From NCBI GenBank assembly GCA_964422195.1, contig CAYRAF010000002.1:3513-63257 (forward strand): a stretch of 59,745 nt of DNA, given 5' to 3'. Made by a program: the position numbers and the translations under genes. The notes under the pieces were generated by a model that was not told the DNA's origin, did not search any database, and worked only from the letters and a program-made list of their open reading frames with translations. This document shows, piece after piece, positions 20,380 through 29,306 of this stretch. Source of the stretch: an uncultured Muribaculaceae bacterium (lineage in GTDB: Bacteria > Bacillota_I > Bacilli_A > RF39 > UBA660). Numbering within the stretch: position 1 is the stretch's first letter; each line of letters opens with the position of its first letter.

Positions 20380-20471
20380 CACCACAAAATGGTAGACATT
20401 CAAATAATGAATGCTCTTTTTCTACCTATTTATATTTTATCATATAATATTTAATTAATGCAAGATTACTT

Positions 20472-21812
20472 TTATAACTGTTTTACGTAATTCTTAAATT
20501 CATCTCCACGAACTTCACATTCTTTATATTGATCCCATGAAGCTGACGCTGGTGATAATAATACTACATCACCAGAAGTGGCAACTTCTACACATTTTGG
20601 AAATCCATCCTTTAAATATTCATATATATATGTCGGAATATTTAAAGATTCTCCAAATTCTTTGACTCTTTCTCGACACTGTCCAATTCCAATAATTGCT
20701 TTTACATTACTCATATATTCTTTTAATTCATAAAAATCTTGACCACGTTCTAATCCACCAAGTATTAAAACAATTGGATTATCAAAAGAAGATAAAGCAA
20801 TTTGAGTACATTTAATATTAGTAGCCTCTGTATCATTATAATACTCTACTCCATTTACTTCACCAGAAAACTCTAATCTATGAGCAACACCTGTAAATGT
20901 TGAAATTACCTCTTTAATTACTTCATTAGAAATATTTAAGTGTTTTGCTATAGCAATTGCACACATAGCATTTTCTATATTATGAACTCCTTTTATTTTC
21001 ATAATGGATGTATTTATTATTTCCTCATCTTTATAATAAATTATATTATTATCTAAATATATATCACTTTTTTGCTTACTAGAAAAATATTCTTTATGAG
21101 CTTTAATATTTTTAGTTTCTTCTAATACATCATTATTTTCTAAATTTAAAATAGCAACATCTTCTTCTCTTTGATTTTGAAATAATTTAGCTTTAACTTT
21201 TTTATAGTACTCAAAAGTTTCAAAGAAATCTATATGAGCTGGGAATAAATTTGTCATAACTGCAATGTCAGGTCTAAATGTTTTCATATTTTCCAATTGT
21301 TGACAAGATACTTCCATAACTAAAATATCTTTATTTTTTACTTTATCTACAATACTACATAAAGGATATCCAATATTTCCTACTAGGTATGTTCTATCAG
21401 GATATGCTTTTTTTACAATTTCATAAGTTAAAGATGTAGTTGTAGTTTTTCCGTTGGTACCAGTTATACCAATAATAGTAATATCTTTAGGCAAAAGATT
21501 ATAAGCAACTTCTACTTCATTTATAACTTCTATCCCTAAATCATTAGCTTTTAATACATATGGATGTTTAATAGGAACTCCAGGTGATTTAATTAAATAA
21601 TCATAATTATTATCTAATACGTCTAAAGATTGATCTCCTAAATGAAACTTTACACCCATTTCTTTTAGTTCATTATACTTATCTTTATCTAATTGTTCTT
21701 CTGTTTTTCCATCAACGATTAAAACTTCGTTTTTTCTTTTTATTAATACTTTAGCTGCATCATACCCACTTCTAGCAAAACCAAGTATTAATACTTTTTT
21801 ATTTTCAAACAT
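20472..21812 (-). CDS. murD: UDP-N-acetylmuramoylalanine--D-glutamate ligase
   Basis: N-terminal Rossmann motif VLILGFARSG and the Mur ligase P-loop GITGTNGKTTT. Length is typical at 446 aa. Confidence 0.9.
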   Translation of the reverse strand: MFENKKVLILGFARSGYDAAKVLIKRKNEVLIVDGKTEEQLDKDKYNELKEMGVKFHLGDQSLDVLDNNYDYLIKSPGVPIKHPYVLKANDLGIEVINEVEVAYNLLPKDITIIGITGTNGKTTTTSLTYEIVKKAYPDRTYLVGNIGYPLCSIVDKVKNKDILVMEVSCQQLENMKTFRPDIAVMTNLFPAHIDFFETFEYYKKVKAKLFQNQREEDVAILNLENNDVLEETKNIKAHKEYFSSKQKSDIYLDNNIIYYKDEEIINTSIMKIKGVHNIENAMCAIAIAKHLNISNEVIKEVISTFTGVAHRLEFSGEVNGVEYYNDTEATNIKCTQIALSSFDNPIVLILGGLERGQDFYELKEYMSNVKAIIGIGQCRERVKEFGESLNIPTYIYEYLKDGFPKCVEVATSGDVVLLSPASASWDQYKECEVRGDEFKNYVKQL

Positions 21813-21920
21813 AATAACCTCCTATATATTAACATATGTAGTATATGCATTTATTTTTATTAAGTACATACAATTACATTATAGCATATTTATTGCAAAG
21901 AAAAAAACCTAATATAGGTT

Positions 21921-22967
21921 TTATTTAACACTGCCTTGATGAAAATATTCTGGATTCTCTGTAGCTATTTTAACCTTTTTCTTTTGATTAGGTGTACCTT
22001 CATTAAAGAAAATAGCATCAACAACTTTATCAAAAGTTTCTTCATCTTTATGATTAAATCTTACTACATTAACTAAACCTGTTTTATCATCAAATGGTGT
22101 TTCTAAATATTCCTTAGTTTTAGCAACAAACTGTTCTTCAGTAATCGCTTTATCTGTACAAAAATATACTGCTTCAGTACGAGCATAACTAGAATCTGGT
22201 TCCATTACAAGAACAAATAGATCTTCATTTTTGTCATTTTTACCTATTGGGTATAAAAGTGACATATATGAAGTTACATTAACATCAATACTTTTTGCTT
22301 TTAATTTCATAATTGGTTCTAAACTTAATAATGCGGCATGTCTTTTAAATATAGACACTTCATCATGATTAGTTGTTGTAGGAGATGTTAAAGTGGATTT
22401 ACTATGCATTCTTGTCTCAGACTCTTGGGCATTATATGTAATTTCTTCTATACCATTTACTAATTCTTGCTCACGAGATAATTCTTTTTGTTTATCTAAT
22501 TTAACCTGCTCATCTCTTATTTTTTTTAACATTTCTATAAAGCCATCATTAATTCTTTTTCTATGACTTTCTATTTCATTAAATGGTTTTAAAAACATCG
22601 AAGCATTTAAATTGTTTTTTATATATTCATAGTAAACATAATCCATATATCCAGCTTCTTTTAAGAAATCATCTTCCATAACGTGAATAGCTTTTCCCGG
22701 AATATTAATATATTCATCACTAATAGCTATTCTTATATTAGATCTTGACATTAATTCTACATATAACTTACCATATCTATCTCTTTTAATATATCCATCA
22801 TTTCTCATCCATGCTAAATCAGGACCAAATTTTCTTTCTATAATAGACATAGCTGCATTTTTAAAAGAAGAATCAATATCATTTAAATCAAATTTATATT
22901 CTTCTAAAGTAATACTATTCTTTTTATAATACTCTCTAATATGATGCATAAAACTACAATTTACCAT
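21921..22967 (-). CDS. hypothetical protein (348 aa)
   Basis: Long ORF. I chose the start at MVNCSFMHH because AGGGGTGA lies 5 nt upstream. No motif recognised. A hairpin terminator AAACCTAATATAGGTTT follows the stop. Confidence 0.55.
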   Translation of the reverse strand: MVNCSFMHHIREYYKKNSITLEEYKFDLNDIDSSFKNAAMSIIERKFGPDLAWMRNDGYIKRDRYGKLYVELMSRSNIRIAISDEYINIPGKAIHVMEDDFLKEAGYMDYVYYEYIKNNLNASMFLKPFNEIESHRKRINDGFIEMLKKIRDEQVKLDKQKELSREQELVNGIEEITYNAQESETRMHSKSTLTSPTTTNHDEVSIFKRHAALLSLEPIMKLKAKSIDVNVTSYMSLLYPIGKNDKNEDLFVLVMEPDSSYARTEAVYFCTDKAITEEQFVAKTKEYLETPFDDKTGLVNVVRFNHKDEETFDKVVDAIFFNEGTPNQKKKVKIATENPEYFHQGSVK

Positions 22968-23059
22968 ATTATCACCCCTTGAACATGACAGATTATACCA
23001 CAAAATACGTTTTTTGTCAATTACAACAAAAAAACTCGTTTAACGAGTTTATTTATAAA

Positions 23060-23135
23060 TGGTGCCGAAAATAGGATTTGAACCTACGACCTACTGATTA
23101 CGAGACAGTTGCTCTACCAGCTGAGCTATTTCGGC
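23060..23135 (-). tRNA. tRNA-Thr (anticodon CGU)
   Basis: The reverse complement is GCCGAAAUAGCUCAGCUGGUAGAGCAACUGUCUCGUAAUCAGUAGGUCGUAGGUUCAAAUCCUAUUUUCGGCACCA. The anticodon loop is C-U-CGU-A-A. Confidence 0.85.
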
Positions 23136-23138
23136 ATA

Positions 23139-23212
23139 TGGCTGCCTCAGTTAGATTCGAACTAACGATCATGGAGTCAGAGTCCACTGCCTTACCGCTT
23201 GGCTATGAGGCA
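23139..23212 (-). tRNA. tRNA-Gln (anticodon CUG)
   Basis: The reverse complement is UGCCUCAUAGCCAAGCGGUAAGGCAGUGGACUCUGACUCCAU...GUUCGAAUCUAACUGAGGCAGCCA. It has the U1-A72 pair typical of tRNA-Gln, and the anticodon loop is C-U-CUG-A-C. Confidence 0.85.
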
Positions 23213-23268
23213 ATATAAAATGTATATAAATATATACATATATATTCTAACAAATATAAAACTTATTA

Positions 23269-23799
23269 TCAATTATTTTTTATTTTAAATCCTGTAAGCA
23301 ATTTACCAACTTTAAATACTATTTTATCTGCATTTTTAATAGCAATCTTCTTAAATATAGCTTTACCACCTACAGTTAATGCAGAAATGAATGCTGCGAT
23401 AACAATACTGACTAATGTATTATTATAACCTGTTGTTGTTGATAAACTAATAGCAAGTATAGCACCTATTGATCCTGATATAATTCCACAAATATCCCCG
23501 ACTATGTCATTACATAAAGATGATATTTTATTACTATTCTTTACTATAAAGATACATTCTTTTGCTCCTTTAATCTTTTTAGAATTTAAAGCATGAAAAC
23601 TTGATTCTTTTGCTGTGATTGATGCTGTACCTATAATATCAAATAATACACCTAAAGCAATAGTTAATATGAGTATTATAAATAAAACTATATTATTAAA
23701 ATGTGCTGCCATAGTATTAGAAATAGTACTAAATACTATTGACAAAACAAACGTTAATATAAATACTGTTATAATCCAACTATCTTTTTCTTTTTTCAT
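23269..23799 (-). CDS. small four-TM membrane protein, candidate OLE-associated protein A (OapA-like)
   Basis: 176 aa with four hydrophobic helices and an NDIVGD (D-x-x-x-D) motif before TM3. A strong RBS, AGGAGG, is present. The gene has no promoter of its own and lies directly behind the terminator of the large upstream ncRNA. I rate the ORF itself as real at high confidence. The confidence given here is for the OapA assignment. Confidence 0.45.
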   Translation of the reverse strand: MKKEKDSWIITVFILTFVLSIVFSTISNTMAAHFNNIVLFIILILTIALGVLFDIIGTASITAKESSFHALNSKKIKGAKECIFIVKNSNKISSLCNDIVGDICGIISGSIGAILAISLSTTTGYNNTLVSIVIAAFISALTVGGKAIFKKIAIKNADKIVFKVGKLLTGFKIKNN

Positions 23800-23807
23800 T
23801 TTTTCCT

Positions 23808-24317
23808 CCTAAAAACAAAAAACTTTAACAAAAGTTAAAGTTACATACTGTATGGTATATTACAAATCAACTTTACGGCTTTGGTCGAGTTGAATTTCTC
23901 TTTCTGATACTCTAGATTACTCTAAAAGCACTTTCGTTTTAAATCAGAAAACTAACTGTCGCCAGGATAGTTACTCGATTACCACTTAGTCCGCACTTTA
24001 ATACTTGCAATATATACACGCTAGAGGCTTTCCCTAACATAAGTGACTATTCTTATATGCTTTTGCATTTGATATTTCATTAATTAAAAATTAAATTCCA
24101 ACCAAACACTCACATCATGTACGTTATTATATTATTACTAGTGACGTGATAAAAGGAATTATCAGCCGCATGCCGTTGCGGTTATCCTTAAATCTAAAAT
24201 CCTACTTACACCCCAACTTGGGCAGAAGAAGCATAAGCAAGAAGTGTCATTCGACAATTGGTAGATTTTTAGCCCTACCTTCAAATAGTATAATGACTAG
24301 CATAATGCACCACACAT
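23808..24317 (-). ncRNA. large structured non-coding RNA of about 510 nt. Best guess is OLE RNA, but the class is unconfirmed
   Basis: The region is bounded by a consensus promoter and a hairpin+U terminator. It has no credible ORF. G+C-rich patches stand out from the AT-rich spacers, and it contains many local hairpins, for example GGUAG-GGCUAAAAAU-CUACC, CCGCA-ACGGCA-UGCGG and UCAACU-...-AGUUGA. Confidence 0.55.
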
Positions 24318-24323
24318 GTATGA

Positions 24324-24352
24324 ATTATAGCATATTTTTGAGTATATGTCAA
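24324..24352 (-). promoter_or_regulatory. sigmaA-type promoter TTGACA-17 nt-TATAAT driving the large ncRNA
   Basis: The reverse strand reads TTGACA tatactcaaaaatatgc TATAAT. Both hexamers are perfect consensus with a 17-nt spacer, and the promoter starts 9 nt after the dfx stop. Confidence 0.65.
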
Positions 24353-24360
24353 CTTGTCAG

Positions 24361-24738
24361 CTACTCTACTGTAGTTTCCCAAAGCCCATGTTTATTACAA
24401 TATGCATATAATTTACCAGTATTTACATCATCAAATACACCTGTTGCCTCAATTCCTGGTTCAAAATAAATATATTCTTCACGACTTTCTGTTATGAAAC
24501 AAATCCACTCTATATAATGATCATCATCCATTACATGGTTAACTTTTACTTCTAATTTGTTTTCTTTTCTTTCATAAGTTGGCACATGTTTTTCAAAGGC
24601 TGCATCTGTGCTATTAGGTTTTACTTCTTTCATAACTTCACCACAACAAGTAATACCACAATCATCACATGTACAGTCATTTAAAACTTTTACTAATGCA
24701 CCACATTTACTACATTTCTTTATAACTAATTCTTTCAT
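24361..24738 (-). CDS. dfx: desulfoferrodoxin (superoxide reductase, 2Fe type)
   Basis: N-terminal desulforedoxin-like cysteines CSKCG...CC, plus a neelaredoxin-domain block EKHVP...H...EW...C.KHGLW. Confidence 0.85.
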   Translation of the reverse strand: MKELVIKKCSKCGALVKVLNDCTCDDCGITCCGEVMKEVKPNSTDAAFEKHVPTYERKENKLEVKVNHVMDDDHYIEWICFITESREEYIYFEPGIEATGVFDDVNTGKLYAYCNKHGLWETTVE

Positions 24739-24784
24739 CTTTACCTCCTATTATTATTATAATATAAAATAAAGAAAAAAACTA

Positions 24785-25383
24785 CTACTTGTAGTTTTCA
24801 TTAGCATAAGAAAAATTTGCTACTTCAAAAAAGTTATCTAAATATTCTTTTTTATTGTTTTTATAATTTAAATAATATGCATGTTCCCACATATCTACAG
24901 TAAATAGCGGGGTATACCCAAACATATAAGGACTATCTTGATTTGCCGTATTTATGATATCTATACTTTTATCTTTTTTCTCTACTAAAAATGTATATCC
25001 TGATCCTTTTATACTTAAAGCCATATTTATAAATTCTTCTTTAAATTTTTCAAAAGAAGAATACTTATTCTTAATAACTTGTAGTAAATCTCCTTTTACT
25101 TCTTCTTATCATGAATATCAATACTTTTCCAATATAAATCATGATTTACTACTCCACCTAGATTAAATAATATATCATTTCTATCTTCAATATTAAAGCT
25201 TTCCATTTTCTTATATATTTCTTCTGGTGGATAGGAAAAAGAAAAGTTGTTTTTAATAAGTAACTTATTTAAATTGTTTAAGTAGTTTCTTTCATGTTTA
25301 TTATGATGTAATCCTAATATATGTGTATCAATATAAGGCTCTAAATCTTGATATAAAAAAGGTAATGGTTTTAATGTATACAT
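24785..25383 (-). pseudogene. sodA: Fe/Mn superoxide dismutase interrupted by a single frameshift
   Basis: The N-terminal domain ORF (LPFLYQDLEPYID...HHNKH...GGVVNHDLYW) stops at 25096. The C-terminal domain (KGDLLQVIKNKYSSFEKFKEEFI..GSGYTFLV...DMWEHAYYL) continues in the -1 frame from about 25097. The junction lies in the run aagaagaagtaaaagg. Confidence 0.75.
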
Positions 25384-25419
25384 AAATTCCTCCTATATAT
25401 AATACGTATATAATTATAC

Positions 25420-25983
25420 TTATTCACACCATTCCATAATTTTATTTAACTTTTTTCTAGGTGCTTGTTTTGGGGTTTCATTTGCATATCCAATTGCTAA
25501 GGTACAGTTTAATTCTAAATTATCATGATTAAGCATTTTAGCTACTTCTTCTGATACATATACTGTATCTCTTATCCAAAGTGTTCCAAGTCCTAAATCA
25601 ACTGCTCTTAAACACATATTTTCAACACATCCTCCTATTGATAGATTATCTCCCTCTGTCCAGATGCTATCTTTTTCCTTAAATATACAAACTAATACTG
25701 GTGCTTGCTTAATAACGTATGCTGTAGATTCTACACTACTAGGGGCTTTAATTCTCTTATCTTCTTCTCTTTCATCATTATTCTTTGTATAATTTATCAT
25801 TAAATCTGCGACTTGATCTTTTATTTTATTTTTCAAAACTACAAAATACCATGGTTGCCTGTTTTTGGCAGATGGAGCAAATCTTCCACAATTCAATATG
25901 TCCTCTATTATTTCATGAGTTACATCTGTTTCTTTAAAATTTCTAATACTTCTTCTATTTTCTATACTTTCTTTTAATTCCAT
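25420..25983 (-). CDS. nitroreductase-family oxidoreductase
   Basis: Motifs RRSIRNF...APSAKNRQPW and a C-terminal GYANE..K. Size is typical at 187 aa. Confidence 0.8.
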   Translation of the reverse strand: MELKESIENRRSIRNFKETDVTHEIIEDILNCGRFAPSAKNRQPWYFVVLKNKIKDQVADLMINYTKNNDEREEDKRIKAPSSVESTAYVIKQAPVLVCIFKEKDSIWTEGDNLSIGGCVENMCLRAVDLGLGTLWIRDTVYVSEEVAKMLNHDNLELNCTLAIGYANETPKQAPRKKLNKIMEWCE

Positions 25984-25999
25984 TTTTATTTATTCCTTT

Positions 26000-26554
26000 C
26001 TACCAACCAATAAGATCTCCTGAAGTCCAATGAGAAAAACTAGTTTTTTCCTCTTTTTTCAGTTTTTTAACATATTTACTATCATTATAATTTTCTACAT
26101 ATTCATTCCACATATCAATAGCATCATCAAAATTTGCATTATGATAATAATTACTTCTATTTAAAACAACATAATTATATTTAATAAAATCTTCAAACTC
26201 TGAATTATAACAATAAGTTTCACTATTAAAATTCGAATCTTCACCTTCTAATATTAAATATATATCTATGTAACTTAGATTATCATGTAATATGCTATTA
26301 CGATCAATTGATGACAAACTTTTATAATCATTTAGTTTCTCATATTTTCTTTTCCAAAGATTAACTTTTCTTTTGCTTATCAATTCTAACTTATATTTTC
26401 TTAACAATTCAATTACACTTCTTCTATTTTTAGGGTTTGATGAATTATAAGATAATAAAAAATCAATTGCATCATCTTCATCCATACTATTTGCTATACC
26501 AATAATAGAATCTGTTAATATATCGTTCACTTCTTTCTTATTTTCTTCAAACAT
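26000..26554 (-). CDS. hypothetical protein
   Basis: Long ORF, acidic and Asn/Tyr-rich. I moved the start to the second ATG for RBS spacing. Confidence 0.5.
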   Translation of the reverse strand: MFEENKKEVNDILTDSIIGIANSMDEDDAIDFLLSYNSSNPKNRRSVIELLRKYKLELISKRKVNLWKRKYEKLNDYKSLSSIDRNSILHDNLSYIDIYLILEGEDSNFNSETYCYNSEFEDFIKYNYVVLNRSNYYHNANFDDAIDMWNEYVENYNDSKYVKKLKKEEKTSFSHWTSGDLIGW

Positions 26555-26574
26555 AAATATCATCTCCTACAATC

Positions 26575-26994
26575 TCACTGTTTTATATAATGTATTTTTA
26601 TTTCTATATTTCCTTTGCCATCTATATATTCTAATTCATAGTCATAATACATATTATTACAATCAATATCTTTTTCATATATCATCCTTAAATTTGCTTC
26701 TTTTCCCTTGAAGCTCTTCCATTCTTTTAATTCCGGTAACTCTACCTCTAAATACTTAACTTTATATTTTGTTCTCTTAAAATCAATTTGTTTTAATTTT
26801 TCTAAAGTATCTTCATCATCAATTACACCTAAAAGATAATCAAAATATAAATAATCTTCTGACCAATTCATACCCAAACCAATTAAATTAGTATAACCAA
26901 TATGCTTAGAAACAAAGTTCCAATACGCTCCTAAATAGGATTCTTGTTCCCAATCTATACAGCGTACTCTTATTTTATATCCTTTAAATATCAT
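26575..26994 (-). CDS. hypothetical protein, possibly GyrI-like effector-binding fold
   Basis: 139 aa and translationally coupled (ATGA overlap) to the upstream amidotransferase gene. It has a weak resemblance to stand-alone effector-binding domains. The assignment is low-confidence. Confidence 0.4.
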   Translation of the reverse strand: MIFKGYKIRVRCIDWEQESYLGAYWNFVSKHIGYTNLIGLGMNWSEDYLYFDYLLGVIDDEDTLEKLKQIDFKRTKYKVKYLEVELPELKEWKSFKGKEANLRMIYEKDIDCNNMYYDYELEYIDGKGNIEIKIHYIKQ

Positions 26995-27680
26995 ATTTCT
27001 TTACTACACTCTTTTACAAATGCCTCAAAGATTGGATTCATACTTTCCATTAGTTCTAGATGCCATTTTATTCCCATTACAAATCTTTTGTTTTCAAGTT
27101 CAAATGCCTCTACTGTATTATCAATTGAACAAGTTGCAACTACTTTATACTTTTTTATTTCTTTTTCTGTTGTAATACATGTATGAATACTATTTACAAT
27201 TAACTTTTCTTTTTTCATTATCTTAAATAGTTTTGAGTTTTTTTCTATATTAACCTCGTGTGCTATTCTTTTTCCGAATTGATTATGAAAAGTACTTCCA
27301 TCAATATGCACTTTGCCACCTATTGCTCGAACTAAATTATTAAATCCTGAACAAATTCCTATAATAGGAATATCTTTTTCTATACAAATCTTAGCTATTT
27401 CTTCTTCATACTGATTACTTACTAATCCACCTTCTAAAATAACTCCATCTAATTTTTCAATTATTGCTTCTAAATCATTTTTTTCTTCTTTTGATAATTT
27501 ATAAGAATCTACTTCTTCATCTAATTTGAAATGAATATTTCTATCTGTTGGTAAAAGTCCTACTACTAAAGCATTATTTTTTATTAAAACATATCTAATA
27601 TCATCTACTATATCTAAATAATGCCACATATCACATTCCATATATGGTTTACTAACAATACCAATTATTGGTTTTTTCAT
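26991..27680 (-). CDS. class I glutamine amidotransferase / peptidase C26 (gamma-glutamyl hydrolase-like)
   Basis: Nucleophile elbow GICSG and a C-terminal KWHLE histidine block. Confidence 0.75.
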   Translation of the reverse strand: MKKPIIGIVSKPYMECDMWHYLDIVDDIRYVLIKNNALVVGLLPTDRNIHFKLDEEVDSYKLSKEEKNDLEAIIEKLDGVILEGGLVSNQYEEEIAKICIEKDIPIIGICSGFNNLVRAIGGKVHIDGSTFHNQFGKRIAHEVNIEKNSKLFKIMKKEKLIVNSIHTCITTEKEIKKYKVVATCSIDNTVEAFELENKRFVMGIKWHLELMESMNPIFEAFVKECSKEI

Positions 27681-27739
27681 TTTCTCACCTCAACAATATG
27701 TTATAAAATTATCAAAAAAAAAGATAAACAAATCTCGTT

Positions 27740-28546
27740 TTAGTTTTGTTTATCTTTTAATTTAAAATATATAAAACAATTATTTTTTTCATAAAACTCT
27801 ATTTCTGGCTCATCATCTATTTCATAATTAGTTGATTTTAACCATCTATCATATACAAAATCATATACTTTTACAATATCATTTTGTTCTTCTGATCCTA
27901 CTTCAAACACAACATATTTTCCTTTTTTTATTATTATTTTTTCTGTATCTTTTAATTCTAGACTACTTCCAACATAGTATTCAAATAATTCATTTTCATA
28001 GATAGATATACCATACATTCCTGCTTCATCAAGTTTTTTCCTTATACCGTTCTTACGTATCTTTTGATATAACTTTCTAATTTTATATAACAAGTCATCA
28101 TGATTTTTATCACATACTTTATAACAATATATTTTTATATCATCTATATCTTTAATTTCATAATGATATTCATCATCATTATTATCTTCATTTTTGAACT
28201 TGTAAATAGGAAATAATTTATAAGAATTATTACTTTTTCTACACTCGGTTGGGCTCATATTAAAATATTTTTTAAAGGCTCTAGCAAAAGATATTGATGA
28301 ATCATATCCATATTTTATAGCAACATCAATTACTTTTATATCTGTTGTCTTTAACTCCTCAAATGCTTTTGATAATCTTCTTCTACGAATATACTCCGAA
28401 AGTGAATAATTAGTTAAAAACATAAAGATTCTTTGTAAAGTATATTCAGACACTCCAACTATTCTCGCTAATTTTTTATAAGAAATTTCTTCTGTTAAAT
28501 TCTCTTCTATATAATCAATTGCTTCATTTAATAAATCATAATTCAT
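27740..28546 (-). CDS. AraC-family transcriptional regulator with C-terminal GyrI-like effector domain
   Basis: N-terminal double HTH (LARIVGVSEYTLQRIF ... GYDSSISFARAFKKYFNMSP) plus an effector domain of about 150 aa. Confidence 0.8.
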   Translation of the reverse strand: MNYDLLNEAIDYIEENLTEEISYKKLARIVGVSEYTLQRIFMFLTNYSLSEYIRRRRLSKAFEELKTTDIKVIDVAIKYGYDSSISFARAFKKYFNMSPTECRKSNNSYKLFPIYKFKNEDNNDDEYHYEIKDIDDIKIYCYKVCDKNHDDLLYKIRKLYQKIRKNGIRKKLDEAGMYGISIYENELFEYYVGSSLELKDTEKIIIKKGKYVVFEVGSEEQNDIVKVYDFVYDRWLKSTNYEIDDEPEIEFYEKNNCFIYFKLKDKQN

Positions 28547-28561
28547 ACATATAACTTCCTT

Positions 28562-29218
28562 TTATCTTACTTTTACAAATTCTCCTTTTGAATCTTCAAT
28601 TAATTCATTTACTTCTATATCAAGATCTTTTGTAGGTAAAACTGGTAATTTTATAAAATATCCATCAATCATAGAATATACCTCTTTTAAATTATCATCT
28701 AATTTCTTATAAGAAAGTTTAGATTTTCTTTGTAGTGAGTATCCATTATATAATTCTTGTTCAAACATTTTAGCACAATTACTCTCTGCAGTAACAATAA
28801 TATTTTCATTTTGACATTTTATCAATGAATAATTAGAGTAACGAATCAAAAAATCTGTAGCCACTTCTCCAAACTTCATTGCCTTAGTTTTTGCACTTTC
28901 TATATCACTAAAAATTGGGATTTTACTGAATGCTTTATCTGCGAAATCACTTTCTAAAACAACTGTTGCGACTGGATCATTTAAATCAAAATGAATCCAC
29001 TGATATTCTGGATGATACTCTATCATATACATTAAAAACTTATGAGCAATAGTAGGATCTTTTTTTATTTCTTCTTTATATAAAATATTTATAAATAACC
29101 ATTCGTGTGGCAAATATGATTGTTTGTTATTTTGAGCAATATGAGAAATATCATGATAAATGACTTTTTTATTCTCACTATAGTCAGTATATAATCCTGA
29201 GTTATCATATAGTTCCAT
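28562..29218 (-). CDS. hypothetical protein
   Basis: 218-aa ORF with no recognisable motif. Confidence 0.5.
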   Translation of the reverse strand: MELYDNSGLYTDYSENKKVIYHDISHIAQNNKQSYLPHEWLFINILYKEEIKKDPTIAHKFLMYMIEYHPEYQWIHFDLNDPVATVVLESDFADKAFSKIPIFSDIESAKTKAMKFGEVATDFLIRYSNYSLIKCQNENIIVTAESNCAKMFEQELYNGYSLQRKSKLSYKKLDDNLKEVYSMIDGYFIKLPVLPTKDLDIEVNELIEDSKGEFVKVR

Positions 29219-29306
29219 ACTATCGTCTCTCTTTCTTATTCCATATTATAATGCTTTTTATATTAAAACACAATAAAAAAAGTGATAGTATATATCGCTT
29301 TAATTT

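Noticed and set aside
23808-24317. I considered RNase P RNA, tmRNA, SRP RNA and 6S RNA as identities for the large RNA.
   Set aside because: The universal strings I know for these RNAs are absent on both strands. These are GAGGAAAGUCC for RNase P, the tRNA-like GGGG...UCCACCA ends for tmRNA, and GGAAGGAAGCAGC-type domain IV for SRP. About 510 nt is also too long for 6S or SRP.
24146-24469. A 107-aa plus-strand ORF from the track covers the large spacer.
   Set aside because: It has no RBS and low-complexity, odd composition. It lies antisense to a promoter/terminator-delimited RNA and overlaps the 3' end of dfx. I treat it as a spurious ORF in a G+C-richer RNA gene.
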